The translations under genes and the position numbers were made by a program. Below, one piece after another: positions 52,601 through 64,000 of a stretch of DNA of 64,000 nucleotides. Position 1 is the stretch's first letter. The number at the start of each line of letters is the position of its first letter. This DNA comes from Syncephalis fuscata S228. Lineage: Eukaryota > Fungi > Zoopagomycota. The notes under the pieces were generated by a model, which saw nothing but the letters and a program-made list of their open reading frames with translations, had not been told where the DNA came from and searched no databases. The DNA is taken from the NCBI GenBank assembly GCA_025786725.1, contig JAHLTZ010000023.1:248001-312000 (forward strand), written 5' to 3'.

Positions 52601-54003
52601 GACCCAAAACGAGTGAACACATGTCGATGCACGCAGTCATGACCCAGATCATCGGAGAATACTCCACGTCAAACGCCAGTATATTATTTGTGCTAACAAT
52701 ACCGCAACAACCATATACGTCTAGGCAAGCCACAGAGGCAGATCTGCAGCAGTAGGCGCGTTCATCAAATACACCTTGGCTATAGACAGTGAAGCTGCAA
52801 TAGCGTGCGAATATAGAAAATAAACTGTTTATTCGTCTAACAATTTGCGAGTGGTGTTTTGCTTTGATAATGCCACCATGCGTAAGCACATGAGCTATCA
52901 TGGCAAGAGAAAATTTGCATCATGCGTGTAGACATGTATGTGTGCATCCGCATGTCTATTTTTCTTCTTTGCTTACCTTTCGGCAGTTCATCGCATGCAT
53001 TGCTGGGCTGTCGGTGTTTTTGGTTAAGAGTGGCCTTTGACAGTAACGCAATCAACGTAGGTACTTTTTTTATTGCAACACGCGGTTCATAGCCACCACT
53101 ACTGCCACTAGTTTAACTCATGATGACCTGTGTTATTAGTTTCCTCTACCCTGAGCATTGCAACCACGCGCTGTACCGCATCTTCCGAGTGGAGACGACG
53201 AGGTTTAATCGCTGGTTCACAAGGGCAATTGTTCATTATCCCCGTTATTGTGACTTGCTAGCACAACACAGATCACCTTTACTCATCAAAGATGCTAGTT
53301 TAATTACAAGTCACTGTGTAAATGGTGGCACATAGCCAGTCAGCCAGTCAGCCAGCTAATCAGCTAGTTGCACACGAACGCACGGCCATTGCTAGAATGC
53401 TTGCATCCAAAAAGAAACACCGCTATTGTTACTGCTTTTGTTGGTGCTATGGCTGTAGCTCGTGTTGTGTTGTCGCTTTTGGAATAACTTTCGCTGTAGG
53501 TGGACCGCGCAGCTATTTCTGCATGGCGTTGGTGGTACCGCTCTACCAATGTGGTATTTCTTTTGCTTGGTGGCTGCAATTCATGGTCACACCACCTGCA
53601 GCCTTATTGGGAATCCTTCCGAGTCGGCGCTAAGCAGCAAATTGATTAAAAACCCGGCGTATTTGTTTTACGGCGCTGGTATGTTCATTTCATCTGTTGC
53701 CATCGTCTAATTGCCTGCTTCTTCTTCATTTTGGCAACTTTGATAATATTCTTACTTCTTCTCTCGTTCCAAAAGCATTGGCCGAGCTATATCTTTTGTT
53801 TTTGTTTCTTCATTCTACCGCTTTCTCTTCCAACTCTGCGCAGCAGTAAGAGTAGTATTTCTCCAATTGTATCTGGACATTGGCGCGTACGCGTTACTCG
53901 CCATTTATTTTGTTTTTATTTCGTTGGCTTGCTGCCACAGTTGCCGCCGCCTTTCTTAAGTCTCTGTAGCAATAATAACAGCACAATATTAATATCAAAC
54001 ACC

Positions 54004-55452
54004 ATGGGCAATCGTGTACCAACGGCTCGTCGTCCTTCTTTTCACGACGTCTCCTTCAAAAGCCGGCTTTCAACAAACAACACCTATGTTCGATCGCCGT
54101 CCCGAAGCAGCGACTCGAGTGGCCGGGGCTCGTTTGGCGGGTCACGTTCACCAACAATGGAACGCCGCAGTCCTGATTGGGTCAATGGCCGTCCACCAAT
54201 CGATTCACCTGTAGGCGCCATGCCCGAGGATGAGATGGATCGGTAAGTAGTGTTCGTACTCGTGTGTGTGTATGTCTATATTCGTTGATAGTTGGCATGG
54301 TAATTACCGAGAAAGACTCATTTGTCTGTTCTCGAGGGGTGGGGAAATGCGATGCAATGCATTGTGGAAGCTCCATTTGTACGTGAGTACATATGTACAT
54401 ATTTACGCGCCTTTTACTTTGTACATTTGGACCAAATACTAATGGATGGGATTTTCTTTGCATGTGCTTATTATAGTCTGCAGCAACAGCACTATCTTTT
54501 TCTGCTTCAATTCGGATCCAATCATTTTGCACCAGTGGACAATCCCTCCACCACACTCGATATTGGCTGTGGCACCGGCATTTGGATGATGGTAAGGCTT
54601 GGCAAGGCATGTGATGCCTAGTTTAAATAAATTAGATAACTAATTTCACTATCTATTATAGGAAATGGCTACAGAATTTCCAGATTGTGAATTCACCGGT
54701 ATCGACCAAGTAGCGGCACAACCTGACGATGTACTACCTCGTAACTGCCGCTTTGTACCTGCCGAGCAATTAGCTGGTAAGTTGTGCTAAATTAAGCACA
54801 TTCCCTTTAATTAATTACTAATTAAACGCTCCTTATAGGCTATCTTCCATTCGGCGATGCTTGCTTTGACTATGTGCATCAGCGCATGCTGGTGGGAAGT
54901 GTACCCACTGACAAATGGGGCACCGTTTGCGATGACATCTATCGTGTTACCCGCCCTGGTGGCTGGTTTGAAATCCTTGATACCGATGGTCTCATCCATG
55001 GCCGTAGTGCCTATAACACAGATAGCATCGATATGGACGGCCTCGGTTTGTGTGTTGACTCATGTGACGAGGAAGCCGATGCTGGTGAATACGCAGCAAC
55101 GCTTGGCCCGGCTGCCGAGCGCGTAAACAGCTGGATACTCGCTGCTATGGAGCGACGTGATGTGCAACCCGAAGAAGTATTTGCGTTGGAGCCTTTATTG
55201 CACGAAAGCGGCTTCTCTGATATTGAATCCCGTCGTGTAATGGTCCCCATGGGTGCTTGGGGAAAGCAGCCCGGTCAAATGTGCTTCGAATCACTACGTG
55301 GTCTCGTGCACAGCCTAAAGCAATTTCTTATCAATGAAGGTATCACCGATGAGCTTGGCTTTAACGAGACCTTGCGTGATTGGCAACTCGAGGCTGATCG
55401 TGGTCGCTATCACATTGAGATTGTTATCCACTGGGGACAACGCTCATCTTAA
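54004..55452 (+). CDS. Class I SAM-dependent methyltransferase (LaeA-like fungal family); exons ~54004-54242, 54477-54591, 54662-54776, 54839-55452
   Basis: EDEMDRLQQQHYL, LDIGCGTGIWMMEMATEFP, LPFGDACFDYVHQRML, RVTRPGGWFEILD. Confidence 0.9.
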
Positions 55453-56106
55453 ATATGTATACACTTATTCACTCACTTTCCTATTAATAACCTGTATACT
55501 TTTCCATTGGGCTGAGCCCTTTCAATTATAACCATACGGCCTTATATTGAATCTATTGCCTATACTCACTCACTCGCTCTATTTTTATTCCTTTCTTTCG
55601 CTCTGTAATTCCCACTTTCCCGTCTACGTTCTACAATGTGCACACCCTTGCATGAGGTCCCAATGTTGCCTCATAGTGGTTTGCCTTTGTACATCTGCGT
55701 TAAAGACCGTTCATGACACTGTCTTTTCTTGTCTATAGATTCTGCAATTGTTTTTTTGAATTATACTTACACTCATATATTTGCTTTTTCTGCCTTTTAT
55801 CTATTAGGCCTTGTGTTTAATATGCACATTTTTGCTAATAATCATTATCTTATAATCCCTGTTTAAATCAAAAAATTTATGATATCCACCACTCGTGACA
55901 GCTTGCTGTTTTTTGCTTTATCATTCTGCCTGTTTATAATTAAATAAATTGTTAAAAATGTTAAAACCTATCACTACGCATTCACATTAACATCAATGTA
56001 TTAGTTAATACTATTTCAAAATTATGCACATTTTAATTAAATAAATAGCCATAGCTTTGATTAAATTTCACTTTGGAAACTTAAAATCCACTTCAATTTT
56101 CTGAGC

Positions 56107-57198
56107 AGAATAGTAACAATATGCCGTCATATATCTTATTTATTTTAATAATTAAATAAACAACGAATAAGCATATTACAGTTAGTTACATTCAATACAG
56201 CTACATTGACACTGTTCATTTTAACAATAATATCAGTGATTTATTACTATTATTTTTATACACTAATATTAACAATTATTAATAGTTTAGAATAGTTTGG
56301 TGGTCAAATGATTGCATTGAATAACATCTAATCTATTGAACATGACGATGGGTGGTGAGTGACATTAATCATTACATACTACTATATATCACATTATATT
56401 GTTATATATTCCAATTACTCATATCATTTCCATTCTATTACATACTACTATATATCATTCTATAACATATTAAATACATTTTATTTATTATATGCAGCAA
56501 TACACTTCACTCGGCCTACTTATTACAAATACACTGTAACTTTGACATTGTTTTATACGCTTCCTTAACGGATATTTATCATTTATATATTATTCTATAA
56601 TCGCATAGTCTTTCTTTATCCAAAACTGTTTTGATGTTTGTTCTAGTTTTATTGCTAATAAATGTTGACTAATTCCAATCATTGATCATGCATATATGCT
56701 TAATAATTTCAACATAACTAATCGTCATTTCACACCGTATATTATTTTATACCGTATATTATTTTATTGTCTAGTAAATACAACCGACTATTGCAGTTGT
56801 TTTTTGAATTCTAGCACTACTATTAATAAATTCCATCTCATTCATCTCATTCATCTCATTCATTTCATTCATTTAGCAAGCTATATGTAATTGGAATATA
56901 TAACAATATAATGTGATATATAGTAGTATGTAATGATTAATGTCATTCACCACCCATCGTCATGTTCAATAGATTAGATGTTATTCAATGCAATCATTTG
57001 ACCACCAAACTATTCTAAACTATTAATAATTGTTAATATTAGTGTATAAAAATAATAGTAATAAATCGCTGATATTATTGTTAAAATGAACAGTGTCAAT
57101 GTAGCTGTATTGAATGTAACTAACTGTAATATGCTTATTCGTTGTTTATTTAATTATTAAAATAAATAAGATATATGACGGCATATTGTTACGATTCT
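56107..57198. mobile_element. Foldback / long-TIR non-autonomous element: ~310 bp inverted arms (56107-56418 and 56887-57198) around a ~470 bp non-coding spacer
   Basis: Left arm agaatagtaacaatatgccgtc...tattccaattac is the reverse complement of gtaattggaata...gacggcatattgttacgattct with few mismatches; second copy at 47542-48190. Confidence 0.85.
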
Positions 57199-57366
57199 AT
57201 TTAGTAAAATAGTTCTATAAATTAATAATACCCACAATTTACATTAAATTATATATTTAGCAGACACGTCATATCACAGCTAATAGATTTAATTAATTTG
57301 ATCTTTGATAAATGATATTTCATCCATCACTTCATCAGCAACATATACAAACAAATATGCGAAGGT

Positions 57367-63110
<5,744 letters not shown>

Positions 63111-63971
63111 GATGGCCTGTACACCAAACGGCCACTGTGTCCCTGATTCGTTTAAACGTGTCAATCAAGAACAAAAGTGCAGACTAACAATAGGAGTATC
63201 GCTTTGTATTTATAGATTCGACTAGTCGTATTGGTCAGTGTCGTGTGGGTGGTAGAATGGTGGTGGGTGGTTGTGTCAAACACGCACTACTCGTTTGTCC
63301 TCACACTCGCACACTCGTACAAATATAGTTTAATGGGTGAGTGTGTGTTGTTGTGTAGTGTGTGTGTATCGTGTGTTTTTATCGGATGTAGCGTGGTGTT
63401 GTTATGAGAGAAGGAGAAGACAGAAAGTGAGAGAACGAGTAAGAATGTGACGATATGATGAGTGGGAATAGAGATAAGTAGAGAGGAGGCTAGTAAATGA
63501 GTGTATGAAAGAGGGATTTGGTGTGAAAAGGAGATGGAAATTTGACAGTTTATAATTTGATAGTTTGATTACAATACACACTATTGGATAATATTGATAA
63601 TTATTAACATCTATATTAATATTGGTATTAGCGTTAATGTTGTTGTTAGTATTATGCTGTTGGTATTAGTATGCAATATATATATATTAACTAATAAATA
63701 TCAATGCTATTAGAGTTAATAATTTAATTTTTATTAATTGATTAATTAATTAGTTAAATAAATAGGCTATTTATTATCAAATACTGTTTATAAATACTAT
63801 ATCATATTAATTATACTTTATTACTATTAAGATAAGTAACAGTATAGAGCAGTACAGGATAAAGTTGTTGTCTATTATACTAATAAATATTGATTGAAGC
63901 AGTCATAAAATAATAGTGTCGGATTTAGCCGAATTTTTATTTTTTTATTTTTTATTTTAATCACCGTAATT

Positions 63972-63995
63972 TGTGTGTGTGTGTGTGTGTGTGTG
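63972..63995. repeat. (TG)n microsatellite (another at ~57503-57520)
   Basis: Seen directly. Confidence 0.9.
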
Positions 63996-64000
63996 CGGAG

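Noticed and set aside
54395-54430. CGCCTTTTACT (U5 snRNA loop 1 sequence) in methyltransferase intron 1; similar sequence at ~14631
   Set aside because: Flanks do not form the required closing stem, and no convincing Sm-site architecture is present
56359-56890. Short Tyr/Ile-rich ORFs in the foldback element (also 47361-47591)
   Set aside because: Low-complexity translation of AT-rich repeat DNA with no transposase motifs

Overview
Eukaryotic, AT-rich DNA with short introns (mostly 45-80 nt, GT-AG, CTAAY branch points), consistent with an early-diverging fungus; a Zoopagomycota mycoparasite such as Syncephalis is my guess from gene-family style, not a verified assignment. About 17 protein genes are supportable: two tandem Gti1/Pac2 (WOPR) transcription factors, chorismate synthase (ARO2), an MFS transporter, a TMEM229/CmpB-like membrane protein, a protein with a Crinkler-like N-terminus, a 4HBT-type thioesterase ending in a PTS1 signal, an AUH-like enoyl-CoA hydratase, a signal-peptide + 7TM protein, an orphan, two CRAL-TRIO/Sec14 (PDR16-like) paralogs, an F-box-like protein, an APC amino-acid permease, two ELO elongases (one with introns, one without), a SAM methyltransferase and a Snf2/Sth1 remodeler. 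The non-coding DNA holds a ~1.1 kb foldback element with ~310 bp inverted arms plus a second truncated copy, a ~555 bp near-identical direct repeat pair enclosing 9.1 kb, and two older diverged repeat families. About 11 same-direction single-base frameshifts at short homopolymers interrupt otherwise intact genes; these are most likely assembly errors. No tRNA, rRNA or CRISPR array was seen. I did not find a clearly new biological system; the findings are candidates to test.
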